DNA from: Heterodontus francisci
Lineage: Eukaryota
Assembly (NCBI RefSeq): GCF_036365525.1
Contig: NC_090373.1
Coordinates: 27,819,571-27,883,570, forward strand
DNA length: 64,000 nucleotides
Direction of reading: 5' to 3'
Shown here: positions 17,814 to 30,150 of the stretch, piece after piece
How the letters are laid out: each line of letters starts with the position of its first letter
Numbering within the stretch: the first letter of the stretch is position 1
Made by a program: the position numbers and the translations under genes
Notes under the pieces: model-generated
Database searches by the model: none
The model's input: the letters and a program-made list of their open reading frames with translations, nothing else
Told to the model about the DNA's origin: nothing

Positions 17814-20784
17814 CTGCTTCTCTTTCCACAGATGCTGCCAGACCTGCTGAGTGATTCCAGCATTTCTTGTTTTTGTGCCAAACATCTAACTTGGTTCTTA
17901 ACCTTGTAATTTATGTACTCAGTAGTGCTAGATTTTTTTTAAAGATTTTACTTTTGTCCATACAATTAATTTTAAGCTAAATTTCAGCCAGTGTTTCCAC
18001 TTTGGGGAGAGTGTAAAAATGTCCAGTTGGCATTGACCAATGCCAAGATGTTTGTATCTGCAGATGCAGACTAAGGTTGTTCCTTGTTTCCCCTTCCCTC
18101 CACCTCCCCAAAAGCGATATTGTCTGATGTCATTGGGCCCTTCTCCACTCATTCCCACTGTCTGAGTGACATAGCAATAAGGATGGAGTGCTGGTCCCTG
18201 CTGCCTTTTCGACTCTTCATCCAGTGCATTTCTCACAGCACAAAGTTGGCTTCCTCAGGCTGTGAGCCAAAGTGTGACGTAACATGTAGAATAATATGGA
18301 GTAGTATGCCCTTGGCAAACAATAGACCTGTTTGCCCAGGAATTTACCTGTGGTAATGACATTGTCACCACATTTATGTTTAGGATTTCCACTGCACGTC
18401 CACCTCACTTCAAAGGATGCTTTAAATGTCAAATTTTTGTCTTGCAAGTTCCTCCACAGCCTCGTCGCACCTTTTCTCTGCGATCTATTCCATTCCTTTT
18501 GATGTCTTTCTCCCGAATCTCTGACTCCAAATTTCATGGCACAGCCTGGAGCTGCTTCAGTCCTACTATCTGGAGCTACCCCCGCCCCCTCCCCCCTCCT
18601 ATATTGCATCTATAGTGTGTAAGTCTTTGGGCTATCTATTCACTGAGATTGGATGCAAGAATGGTGCCATATAAAAAGATAAAAACTTTTTGGAAGCATA
18701 AGGTGTTCTTTATTTTTGTATTACATAAAGAAAAGCTGTATTAATTGTAATTAAATAAGTCTGATCGTTACCAGTGCTCTGTATGTTCGCTTGCTGTGAA
18801 GTAAAACACCAAGTGTTTTCTCGGTCAGCTTTTGAAACAATTGAAAAGGCAAGTGTAGACGTGTGGGAGACATGTGTGAAAGACATGAATATCCAATTCA
18901 GATCACTGGGGGTATTAATGTTAAATCCCTAGGTTAGCCCACCCTGAACATGTGACTGTCTTATGGGAGTGATTAGCACCACTATAACCCAGGAGAATAT
19001 CTAAGATTAAGTTTGTAACCTTTTATTTCTTATTGAACAGAGGTGTTTCCTTGGTTACCCTTCAGTCCTCTGACTGCTTATATATCCAAGGAAGATTGAT
19101 AAATTATGATCAGAGCCTCTTTGAATGACTTCCCTCTCAGCCTAGGGTGCCTGTCGACAGAGCCTCACAATGTGTCCATCTTGAGTTCTACTAACTTATT
19201 TTTAGAACCAGCACTTTCTACAATTGCCTGCACCAATTGTTTCATATCCTCCTTTAGTAGACCTATGTTTCAAGTTGCACCATCGTTTGTAAAATCTGAT
19301 GCTAAGTTTTTAAGACTGTACCATACCTTCATTCTAAAATACCCTTAACTATTTTCACTTGTACACACCTCGTGTCGAAGCTGTTATTATTTCCTTTCGT
19401 ATTCTTTACTCGCCTTTTCTTAGGTATTCCCTTTTAGCCCTTCTAATCTCTCCACCTCCCCTCTAGTTTTTTTTATATTACTCATAATTTTCTTTTTGTA
19501 TTCCTGGTCCTAGTTTTATCATTTTCCCTTAAGTTTTAATTTTAAACTTTCTTTATCCACAGCCTGTAGAAATAAAACTCTTTTCTCCAGCCATCTCTCA
19601 TTTAAAGACTCCCCCATGTTGATTTTGCTGTCTTGTTTAACTTTTCTACTCAGTTAATTTGGCAAGATAAAACTATAAGTTGCATTCATATGGTGCCTTC
19701 AGTTTAGAAAAATGCCCCAAGTTACTTCACAGGCCATGAAAAAACCTGATGCTGAGCAAAGGAGGATAGGTTATGTGGGGTGACCAAAAGCTTGGTTGTG
19801 GACTTCAATTTTAAGGAGGAAAATGAGGTGGAGTCAGTTTGCGAAGGAATTCCAGGGAGTTGGTCCCAGCCAGCAGATGGCCCCTTGGGAAAAGATTGGG
19901 AGATGCACAGGAATCTGGAGTCAAGGGCAGAGTTCTAGTTTGGGGTGATTGTAGGGCTGAAAGAAGTTGGAGAGAAGGAGCGGTATGGTGAAGATCTCTT
20001 ATCTTATTGAACTTTGCCCATTTTCTTGTCCATCCTACATGTCTTTGACTCTTTGATATCCATTTCTATTTTTACATTGAGTCTAACTATATGTTGTTGC
20101 TATTTCTAAATTGGGCTCCATATGCACTAGCCAGTAGGCTGGTATGCCTACTTTGAATGGATGACTGTGGAATCAAACCCTCTTGACTGCAGGAGAATAT
20201 AGAAGCTGAAAAATGAGTGGGATCTTTTGCACTGATATGGCAAATCCCCAGACTGGATCCAGGAAATTCTCCTTGTCCAGCTATGCTCCCTCTGATGGGG
20301 GTAGGGCCATGTTTGGAGTGGATGGAGGTTCCAACCCCAAATAAGGAACTGTAGAAACTGATGAGAAAGCCAAGGATGCAGTCTCATTCTTGGCCCTTCC
20401 TTTATGCTCCTTGGCAAGAGTGTGCTGGAACAGCCATGAATTTTCAGCCTCTGTGTATTTTAGAAAGTGATGATTCTCTTATTTAGATTAGTAATGCTGT
20501 TGACCAATAGTCCAGATCCACCTTAACTATGTTATAGTATAGTTTTCCACCAATGGATGCACCTCTCAGGTTTAGTTTCCCTTCACTTAAAATTGAAACT
20601 ATGCCTCGATTAGATATAAATTTCTTGTGGACAAATCACACGTGCATACATTTACTGTGAATTTTAATTCCCTTTTAGCTTGTGTGGAATTTTAGTGGTC
20701 GTGATACACTAATGGATACAAGTGCAAGTCATTGTGATGCTGGTTTAAAAATTTTGCCTTTTATTTTCTTCCCAAAAACTAAAG

Positions 20785-21069
20785 GTTGGTCTGCGCCAGT
20801 TGGATATGTCATTACTATGTCAGCTGTGGTCTCTCTATGAATCCATTCAGGAATATAAAGGAACATGCCAGGACTTGTCAGCTGCAGCTAATTCTGATTG
20901 CTCCTATGCATTGGAAAACGGATACTTCGATGAAGAGGAGGAATATTTCCAGGAACAAAGCATTGTGGAAAATGGGAAGGCTGACAACTTGGAGACAAAT
21001 CTTGCAGTGCCTAAAACTCTCAATTCCCGAGACCAGTGGATGCAGGATTCCTTTCATATCACTATATAG
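20785..21069 (+). CDS. FAM89A: FAM89A coding exon 2 (94 aa + stop)
   Basis: Acceptor AAAG|GTT at 20784/20785; VGLRQLDMSLLCQLWSLYESIQEYKG...ALENGYFDEEEEYFQEQ...TAG joins exon 1 in frame to give 180 aa. Confidence 0.92.
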   Translation, partial: VGLRQLDMSLLCQLWSLYESIQEYKGTCQDLSAAANSDCSYALENGYFDEEEEYFQEQSIVENGKADNLETNLAVPKTLNSRDQWMQDSFHITI

Positions 21070-23490
21070 CAGATGTTCTACAGCTTTGACCTTCACACTG
21101 TTTCTGACATTGTACTGTTGTAGATTTTGAAACTGATTAGAGTGAGGGTCAATATTGTTTGTTTGGGGAGAAATGTGGTGGGTTGGGTGGAAAGAGAGAC
21201 AGTAAAGTTTTCATATTTCATTAAGCTAATTTACTTATAAGCTGTCATTAGTAGCATAAACACCATACATTGAAGAATCCTTTGACAAGCTTGGTACATA
21301 AAATGCCTTTTTTGGAAAGAGTAAGTTGGGTTTTTTTTTTGAGCCAGGTACACTCTTTTTGCAGACTCCACAGTAGGTATTTGAAATTTCTATAGGACTG
21401 GGTCATGCCCACTCTTTCTAGATGCTGAAAATAGCATTTTGTTGGGTCATGCTACCTGGTATACTGAGCAATCAAAGTGACAAAGGCGGATTGGTCATCA
21501 AGCTGGTGAACAAATGAGAATTCTGTCGGCGTCATCAATGTAAAACACTGTGACTACTGTGTTAAGGGCTGAGGACTTTTTAAAGTAATTTTATAAAATT
21601 GGCTTCAGTAAACTGAATGTAACCAACTTTTTTTTCTCCTATTTACAATTCCAATTGTGGGATGAGCAAAATTGCAGTGAAGGATAAAACTGATTCTTCT
21701 AATAGTCATATTGCACCAGAGTGAAAGACCAACCCCTGCCACGAGAGTGCTTTGTGCTGACTATAAGATGCCATGGGTGAGAGTTTGATGCAAGTCTGCA
21801 TGCCGGACAAGTCCAATGCTCTCTGTTTTGAAGAGCTGTCCAGCAGTCTGGACTAGAATAAACTGGAAAAAGTTTTAAGCCATTGTGAATATATAATTAG
21901 TGTATTTAGCTAGACAAATGAAGTAAAAGCATCTTTGAGTGTTATTAAATTGAGAATTTCATATTAATGACATTGGTAGCTCTGGTCTGTTTTGCTCCAC
22001 ATTAAATCCAGGAAAGTTGATTTTACATTACCTGGTCTAATGATCCAAAATGCAAATGGTGTGCAGGCTAGGAGCTAGTCTGGGTGGTGTACATCTCCTG
22101 TAGAAATGTTCCTGGGAATTGGTAAATATAGTTTGGAGTGCTATATCAGTACCACTCATTACACAAAAAATTAACCAATTGAAAACATTATCTCAGCTAC
22201 CAGCAAATAATTCAAAGATGGTTGGATTGACCCTGAGGTAATTATAAGATAAATATAGGAGTATGATTTGAATTTATTAACATAACAGCAATATTTTACT
22301 GCAGAATAAATTGCATCAATGTTGAGCCTCTTTAGTGTGTTAAGTGGGAGAGAACCAAATCCCATCACCTAAATGTAGCATACTTGAATTGTTAGCAGGA
22401 ACTAATCTCCACAGTCATATGTAGCATTCATTATAAATATTATTTATTTTTATAAACCTCTATTGCTGAGGTACTGTGGGTTTTCAAAGTAAAATGATCC
22501 ACAATTAAAACATAGCAGGCATATCTGAGCTTCATTGAGGAGATCGATAGCTTTTATAATCTCAGAATTAAATTGGTTTTGTTATACATGGAAGATAAAT
22601 CTGCAGCAAGCACTTTCAAAATAGAGTGCATTTTCTTATCTGTATAGAACTCTACAATGAGAGTGCATTTGCTTGAATTCTTCCGTGGTTTGCTAATCGC
22701 TTTGTAATTGCTGATTTTTGTATCTGCAGTTTGCAGTGTTGAACTGTCAATACAGCTGTGTTTTTTGAACATTATTTCTAATTTATAAAAGTTTGGTGTG
22801 GAATTCTAAATGAACACTTGTATTTAAATGTTTTGGTCACTTTTTATAAGGGGATAGAAATACAGTTTAAGATCTTTTTGCACAGGCCTTTTTCTGGTTT
22901 TGGACCTACATTTCAAGCTCTGTAGTTGTCCTGTATGAGGTGTTCAGACTGGGTATTGGTGCAGCACCCCAGCAGGAGTAACTGGGATTTTGGAGCATTG
23001 CAGGGAAGTTTAACATCACTTGATAACAACTGATCATTAGAACGTGTTAAAAGGCTATTATGCTTGTGTACTGCATCTTGGTCTAGCCTCCTGCCCAATC
23101 AGTTGGTTGATTTAGATAGTTCATGGCATAATCTTATAACTTTAAGCTATAAAATAAATTATATTTGTTATCTAATCAAAAGACTGCAAAATCAACAAGT
23201 CTTCCAATTTGCTATACTGAAAAATGTATCCAGAGAAAGCAGTTTCTTTTTTAGCAGCTGGGATGTTCAATATAACAAATATACTTTTTGTCTTTTTGCA
23301 CCTGTATATTCCAAATGTTAGCTCTTAAAACATTAGCTCCCATTGCTGCAGTTATGGGTTACTTGTGAGACACTGATCTGCATGCCGTGTAAGGTGCTCC
23401 ATTTTGTAATGGCTCAAAGATACCTGGGAAGGAGGAACCTTTTATATTACTACATCTGTTATTGAAGAAATAAAGTACTTTTAGATGCCC
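21070..23490 (+). other. FAM89A: Probable FAM89A 3' UTR with AATAAA at 23469-23474
   Basis: AT-rich stretch with no recognisable repeats after the stop, ending in AATAAA followed by T-rich sequence; transposons resume at 23599. Confidence 0.5.
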
Positions 23491-23598
23491 AGCTTGAAAG
23501 TTGTATACACAAACTTTTAAATGCATTTCATTTATTATTTTTTAAAGTTTTGGTGTGAATTTTATTTTCTAAAAATCCTTATTTTTTAGTGTGCAACG

Positions 23599-23891
23599 TA
23601 AAGGCCTGCTTGGGTTTGTAAAGAAAAACCGACCCGAGTCCGACAGAACCACATCCGACCTGGCCCGAGTCCTTCCATTTTTTCCCACGCCCACCCCGAC
23701 CATCAGTTAACTTACCTTTCATTTTTGACTTTGTTGATGATCTGCAGAAGCTTAAAATAACTGTAACGAAACCACCTTTCTAGTACAAAAATTAAATTAA
23801 CATTGGAGCCATTTACCTGTGATAGTGTGTCTGACCCGACCCGACCCAAACCCAACACGTCGTCTGGTTCGGGTCGGGTAGCAGGCCTTTA
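23599..23891. mobile_element. hAT-superfamily non-autonomous DNA transposon (MITE), 293 bp
   Basis: Perfect 12-bp TIR TAAAGGCCTGCT...AGCAGGCCTTTA; 8-bp TSD GTGCAACG/GTGCAGCG (1 mismatch); repeated subterminal CCCGAC/GTCGGG motifs. Confidence 0.85.
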
Positions 23892-24384
23892 GTGCAGCGA
23901 CCAAATGCACAACAATAGTGAAAAATGCATGTTTTCGTAAAGGATAATAAAGCTAAATAACTGCTAATGTATCATTTGCTTCTGTCTCAAAATTTGTGTG
24001 TGCATGTTTGTGTTCCTTATTCCACTTGGACAACTTGCTGAAGGGTATGTGTGTTCTGGTTCTGCAAGTCAGTAAACCCCTATCTCACCAGCACCACCCC
24101 GCCCCCTGCCCACATATGACACTAGTGAGACTAGGCAAGTGTGTGTAAGGTCCAAGATCCTTGCACCTAATTCAGTGCATACTGTATATTTCCATGACAT
24201 AACATTGTATATAGCTCTGTCACCAATAGGTCAAATTGAGCTCATGTGTTGTAACAATTGTGCAGTGTTCACAGAGTCCTTGGCATAAATTGTTTTCTTG
24301 TACTGCGGGTTCCAGAATTCTATAATGGGATGCTCAAAACTGCACACAGTGGCCGAACCAATTTTTTTTTGTTTTTATTACTTT

Positions 24385-25900
24385 TTTATTCGTTTGGAGA
24401 ATGTGGGTGTTGCTGGCTAGGCCAGCATTTGTTGCCCATCCCTAATTGCCCTTAGAAGGTGGTGGTGAGTGCCTTTTTGAACCGCTGCGGTCCTTGGGGT
24501 GATACACCAACAGTACTGTTAGGAAGGGAGTTCCAGGATTTTGACTCAGCGACAGTGAAGGAACAGCGATGTATTTCCAAGTCAAGATGGTGTGTGACTT
24601 GGAGGGGAACTTGCAGGTGGTGCTGTTTCTATTCATCATCTGCCCTTATCCTTCTAGGTGGTAGAGGTCGTGGGTTTGGAAGGTGCCTTGGTGCGTTGCT
24701 GCAGTGCATCTTGTAGATGGTTAACACTGCTATCGCTCTTTATCGGTGGTGGAGGGTGTAAATGTTGAAGGTGGTAGATGGGTGCCAATCAAGCGGGGCT
24801 ACTTTTGTTCTGGACGATATTGAGCTTCCTGAGTGTTGTTGGAGCTGCACTCATCCAGGCAAGTGGAAAGTATTCCATCACACTCCTGACTTGTGTTTTC
24901 TAGATGGTGGACAGGTAATGGGGAGATAGTAGGTGAGTTACTCGCCACAGAATTCCGAGCCTCTGACCTGCTCTTGTAGCCATAGCATTTATGTGGCTAC
25001 TCCAGTTCAGTTTCTGGTAGATGGTGACCCCCCCAAGGATGTTGATAGTGGGGAATTCAGTGATGGTAATGCCATTGAATGTTGAGGGGAGATGGTTGGA
25101 TTCTTTCTTGTTTGAGATGATCATTGCCTGGCACTTGTGTGGCACGAATGTAACTTACCACTTATCAGCCCAGATCTTGCTGCATCTGGACATGGACTGC
25201 TTCAGAATCTGAGGAGTCGCCAGTAGTGCTGAACATTGTGCAAGCACCAGCGAACATCCCCACTTCTGACCTTATGATGGAGGGAAGGTCATTGATGAAG
25301 CAGCTGTAGGTGGTTGGGCTGAGGACCACTACCTTGAGGAGCTCCTGCATTGATGGTCTGGGACTGAGATGATTGACCTCCACAACCACAACCATCTTCC
25401 TTTGTGTATAGGTATGACTGCAACCAATGGAGAGTTTTCCCCTGATACCCATTGACTTCAGTTTTGTTAGGGCTCCTTGATGCCATACTCGGTCAAATGC
25501 TACCTTGATGTCAAGGGCAGTCACTCTCCCCTCTGGAGTTCAGCTCTTTTGTCCATGTTTGTATCAAGGCTGAAATGAGGTCAGAAGCTGAGTGGCCCTG
25601 GCGGAGCCCAAACTGAGCGGCAGTGAGCAGGTTATTGCTCAGACAGTGCTGCTTGAAAGCACTGTTGATGACCCCTTCCATCACTGCTGACGATTGGGAG
25701 AAGACTGATAGGACGGTAGTTGGGTTGGATTTGTCCTGCTTTTTGTGCAGAGGACACACCTGGGAAATTTTCCATATTGCTGGGTAGATGCCAGTGCTGT
25801 AGCTGTACTGGAACAGCTTGGCTAGGGGCGTGGCTAGTTCTGGAGCACAAGTCTTCAGTATTATTGCTGGAATGTTGTCAGGGCCCGTAACCTTTGCAGT
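24385..25900 (-). mobile_element. CR1-like LINE (second family), degraded 3' portion
   Basis: Minus-strand pieces ALDIKVAFDRVWHQGAL, QFGLRQGHSASDLI and FINDLPSIIRSEVGMFA; 3' end AAGGGCAATTAGGGATGGGCAACAAATGCTGGCC shared with 31245-33650. Confidence 0.8.
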
Positions 25901-26259
25901 ATTTCTTCTGTTCTACATCCCTTATCTAAAATCCCCAAACTCTTGCCATTTTTTATGATTTTATCTATCTGCACTTTCAATGAATTGTGTTTAAATCTCT
26001 AGGTCCCAGGTTTATCTGCATCTTTCAGGGTCTTTCTGTTGAGTATGTATTCCCACTCCTCATGCATTAAGTTGCATCTCCTTTTTATTTGCTCATTCTG
26101 CGAACCTGTCTTCCTGAAGTCTTTTACAATCCTACTTGCTACCCCCTACTTATGTGCCATCAGCGACCTTTGAGATGGTGTTCTTTACACCCAAGTTCAA
26201 AACTGCTCTGTGTACCGAGAATCAAAGTCTTTGATGGGGTGAAAATTGAGAGGCAGGAG

Positions 26260-26885
26260 GTACTGCAAAGGCCGGCTATGCTTAAGAGTTGATAAGTCAC
26301 CTGGTCACTGGTTTGCTGCCAAGGTTGCCAAAGGAGGTGGGGGTGGATACAGCGGAAGAGCTTACCATAATCTTCCAGGCTTTCCTAGATCCGGAGGAGA
26401 TGCCAGAGGATTGGAGAAAGTGTGTAAGGACAGTCCTAGCAACTACAGGCCAGTCAGTTTAACATCATTGGTGGGTTGGAGAAGCTGGGGTTGTTCTTCT
26501 TAGAGTAAAGGAGATTGCAGGGAGATTTGATAAAAGTGTACAAGATTATGAAAGGTTTAGATAAGGTAGGCAAAGAAAAACTTCCCCTTACAAGGACTAG
26601 GGAGCACAGATTTAAGGCTTTGGGCAACAGATGCAGGGGGGATATGAAGAAGAGCTTTTTATACAGTGAATGTTAATGAGCTGGAATTCACTGCCTACGA
26701 GGGTGGTGGAAGCAGGAACAATCAACGGTTTCAAAAGGAAATTGAATGGGCATTTGAAGGAAGTAAATTTGCAGGGCTACGGGGATAGAGTGAGGGAATG
26801 AGACTGATTGGATTGCTGTACAGAGAGCCAGCATTGACTCAATGGGCCAAATGGCCTCCTTTTGTGCCATTAATTACTCTATGAA
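26260..26885 (+). mobile_element. CR1 LINE remnant with a large internal deletion
   Basis: VDKSPG...PSNYRPVSLTS is fused directly to the ORF2 C-terminal region (LEKLGLF...) and a CR1 3' tail (GGGCCAAATGGCCTCCTT). Confidence 0.7.
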
Positions 26886-28319
26886 TTGAGTACAGATTCA
26901 TGCAATGCAGTGCAGGCCAGGGGTTTGAATGTGAAAATCATTGGCACTCTCTAATATGCTGCCTGATAAACTTATAAAGCTTGGGCAAAATAACTATGTG
27001 ACTGGGAGTTACTGGTGTATCTGTTTCCTAAATGCTCAAGTTCAATTTCCTGTTTGTTTAAATTCCCCACTGCCTTCCTCAATCTAAACTGCAAAATTGA
27101 CAGCAGATTATCTGAGAGCCGGAACCAGAGGTTGAGGCTGAGAGGCTCATTTCATTTTAAAAAATAAATCGGCCTAATCCCAAGGATCATCTTTTGTTGG
27201 GGAGGAAATGACGAAGAGGGAAGCATAGTAGTTTTGCTATCAGAAATAGAGCAGTAAAGCTCCCTAAATGTACCAAGTACAAAGTCAGTTTAATTGTAGC
27301 AGACAGCAAATGTGTTTCCTGTGGGTCTTGTGTTCCCATGGGATCAGAGTGTTTGGGTATTCCTGTTTATTCTGTGTGGTTTGTAAGTTCTTGTAAGGTT
27401 TGTGTCTAATGGTGTGTTCCTCTTTATTTCAGCATGTTCCTCTTTATTTTAGTGTGTTCCTGTATAGTATGCTCCTGTATGTTTGGCGTATTTCTGGCAA
27501 GCTTCGGATTTAAATCGGCATGGTTGGTTACTCAGTGGTCTCCAGGGTAAAGGGCCACAATCTGCATGTGAAATTTAGCTCTGAAATTTCAGTCAGTATG
27601 GGGAGGCTGAATCTTCCAACTGTCCTCTTGCTACATCTCCAGACAACATTGGGGACTTGTCTGAGAGCTGTCTCAGGTTATCTCAGGAATTCTGCCCATT
27701 CCTACCAAAAAGGTGATTTGGTAGAGGTCTTCTAAATTTTGAAGGGTTAAGAGAGTAGATAAAAGAGCAAAGGTACCAGGTTTAGGCAGAGAGCAAGAGA
27801 AGCTTTGTTCACACAGAGGCAGTGGAATACAGTACCAGAGTTAATGATTGAAGCAGAGACCGTGTCACATTTAAGAATAGGTTAAAGAAAGAACTTGCAT
27901 TTCACCACCTCAGGATGTCCTAAATCCCTTTACAGCCACTGAAGTAATTTTGAAGTGCAGTCACTGTTAATGTCCCCCAAGAATCTATCCTTGGACCTCC
28001 TATTTTTCATCTATACTGCCCCTCTGCCTCTTTTCTGCAGTCTTGTCTGTGGCCAGGTGGCCCTGGAGAAGGAGCAAAGAGTGTTTGTCAGTATGCTTGA
28101 GGCCTTCCAGGACTGATGGGTGTTGTGGGACAACCTTACAAACAGGATCACCTGAAGAGCTGCAAGTGAAGATACTAGAGGAAGTGATGTCGTGTCACAT
28201 ATGACCAGGTAGTTGTGGGTGGAGCTCAGCAGAGTGAGTGGTGTTTAAATCTAGCTCACGCAGTAACTATTGGTATATACGTTCCAGTTCAGTTTGTTTC
28301 TACTGTGACTACCCACTTT

Positions 28320-28650
28320 TTTTTAATGTTTGTGCTTGGAGCCAGTGCTGTTCATTCTACAGTCAATTGACACTGTCTCTGTACTAATGCTTTGTCTTTC
28401 ACCACACCATTAACATACCATTTGCCTTTGCTCCATGACATTCTGGTCAGTTATTCTCTGTGACCTTTTCCTATCAACACCTCTTTTGTTATCTCTTGCC
28501 CCAACCCCGCTTTACTTGCTTAAAACCTTTTACATTTCTCATATTTGTCAGTTCTGATGAAGGGTCACTGACCTGAAACGTTAACTCTGCTTCTCTCTCC
28601 ACAGATGCTGCCAGACCTGCTGAGTATTTCCAGCATTTCTTGTTTTTATT
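28320..28650 (+). mobile_element. Older Penelope 3' UTR fragment, tail-less
   Basis: Homologous to 17600-17875; ends at CCAGCATTTCTTGTTTTT. Confidence 0.8.
28550..28586 (+). ncRNA. Hammerhead ribozyme motif with canonical CUGAUGA core
   Basis: AGTT-CTGATGA-A-GGGTC ACT GACCT-GAAAC GTT-AACT. Confidence 0.7.
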
Positions 28651-28934
28651 TAATAAAACCCACATTTTATTGGGATGTTACTTGTAGTCCTGTCAGTCTT
28701 ACAACAGATCACACACCAAAAAGCCAAGTAATATTAGAATGGGCACCGCAGAGCCCAAAGTGTGTGGTCGACATGGGGGGTGGGGGCAACATTATAATTT
28801 CATTTGTTAAGTTTCCTTTGCTTTTTATTATTTGGGTTTCTATTGTTTATGCACTCTAAAAAGGAACCCCTTTTGTTAGATCTTTGGGTTGGTGACCCTG
28901 GAGCAACCTGGTGTCTCCTCATGGGTTTTAATCA

Positions 28935-30150
28935 AAAGAAGTGGATGTGATGTATTTGGATTTTCAGAAGGCTTTTGATAAGGTTCCACATAAGAGGTTC
29001 GTGTGCAAAATTAAAGCACATGGGATTGGGGGTAATATACTGGCATGGATTGAGAATTGGTTGACAGACAGGAAAGAGAGAGTAGGAATGAACGGGTCTT
29101 TTTCCGGGTGGCAGGCAGTGACAAGTGGGGTACCGCAGGGATCAGAGCTTGGGCCCCAGCTATTCACAATATATATTAATGACTTAGGTGAGAGAACTAA
29201 ATGTAACATTTCCAAGTTTGCCAATGACACAAAGCTGGGGGGGAATGTGAGCTGTGAGAAGGATGCAAAGAGGCTCCAATGTGATTTGGACTAGTTGGGT
29301 GAGTGGGAAAATGCATGGCAGATGCAGTATAACGTGGATAAATGTGAGGTTATCCACTTTGGTTGTAAAAACAGAAAGGCAGAATATTATCAGAATGGTG
29401 ATAGATTGGGAAAGGGGGAGGTGCAACTAGACCTGGGTGTCATTGTACACCAGTTGCTGAAAGCAAGCATTCAGGTGCAACAAGCAGTTAGGAAGGCGCA
29501 TGGTATGTTATCCTTCACTGCAAGACAATTTGAGTACAAGTGCAAGGATGTCTTACTGCAGTTATCCAGGGCCTTGGTGAGACCAGATCTGGCATATTGT
29601 GAGCAGTTTTGGTCTCCTTATCTTAGGAAGGATGTTCTTGCCTTGGAGGGAGTGCAAAAAAGATTTACTAAACTGATTCCTGGGATGGCAGGATTGACGT
29701 ATGAGGAGAGATTGGGTCAACTAGGCCTATATTCACTAGAGTTTAGAAGAATGAGAGGGGATCTCATAGAAACCTATAAAATTCTAACAGGACCGGACAA
29801 GCTTGATGCAGGGACGATGTTCCCGATGGCTGGGGAGTCCAGAACCAGGGGTCACAGTCTCATGATATGGGGTATGCCATTTAGAACTGAGATGAGGAGA
29901 AATTTCTTCACTCAGAGGGTGGTGAACCTGTGGAATTCTCTACCGCAGAAGGCAGTGGAGGCCAAGTCATTAAATATATTCAAGAAGGAGATAGATATAT
30001 TTCTTAATGCCAAAGGGATCAAGGAATATGGGGAAAAAGCAGGAACAGGGTACTGAATTAGACGATCAGCCATGATCTTTTTTTGAATCGTGGAGCAGGC
30101 CTGAAGGGCCGAATGGCCTACACCTGCTCCTATTTTCTATGTTTCTATGT
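28935..30150 (+). mobile_element. CR1-clade LINE, 5'-truncated
   Basis: ORFs 28941-30056: [58 protein letters not shown]; tail TTTCTATGTTTCTATGTT. Confidence 0.9.

Larger units (their letters stand above)
14683..17875. mobile_element. Young Penelope-like (Neptune-type) insertion with inverted 1.1-kb arms and 14-bp TSD
   Basis: TSD TGCCAAACATCTAA at 14669-14682 and 17876-17889. Arm 14721-15830 is the reverse complement of 16765-17875. A 38-nt tail is present on the left end only. Confidence 0.92.
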
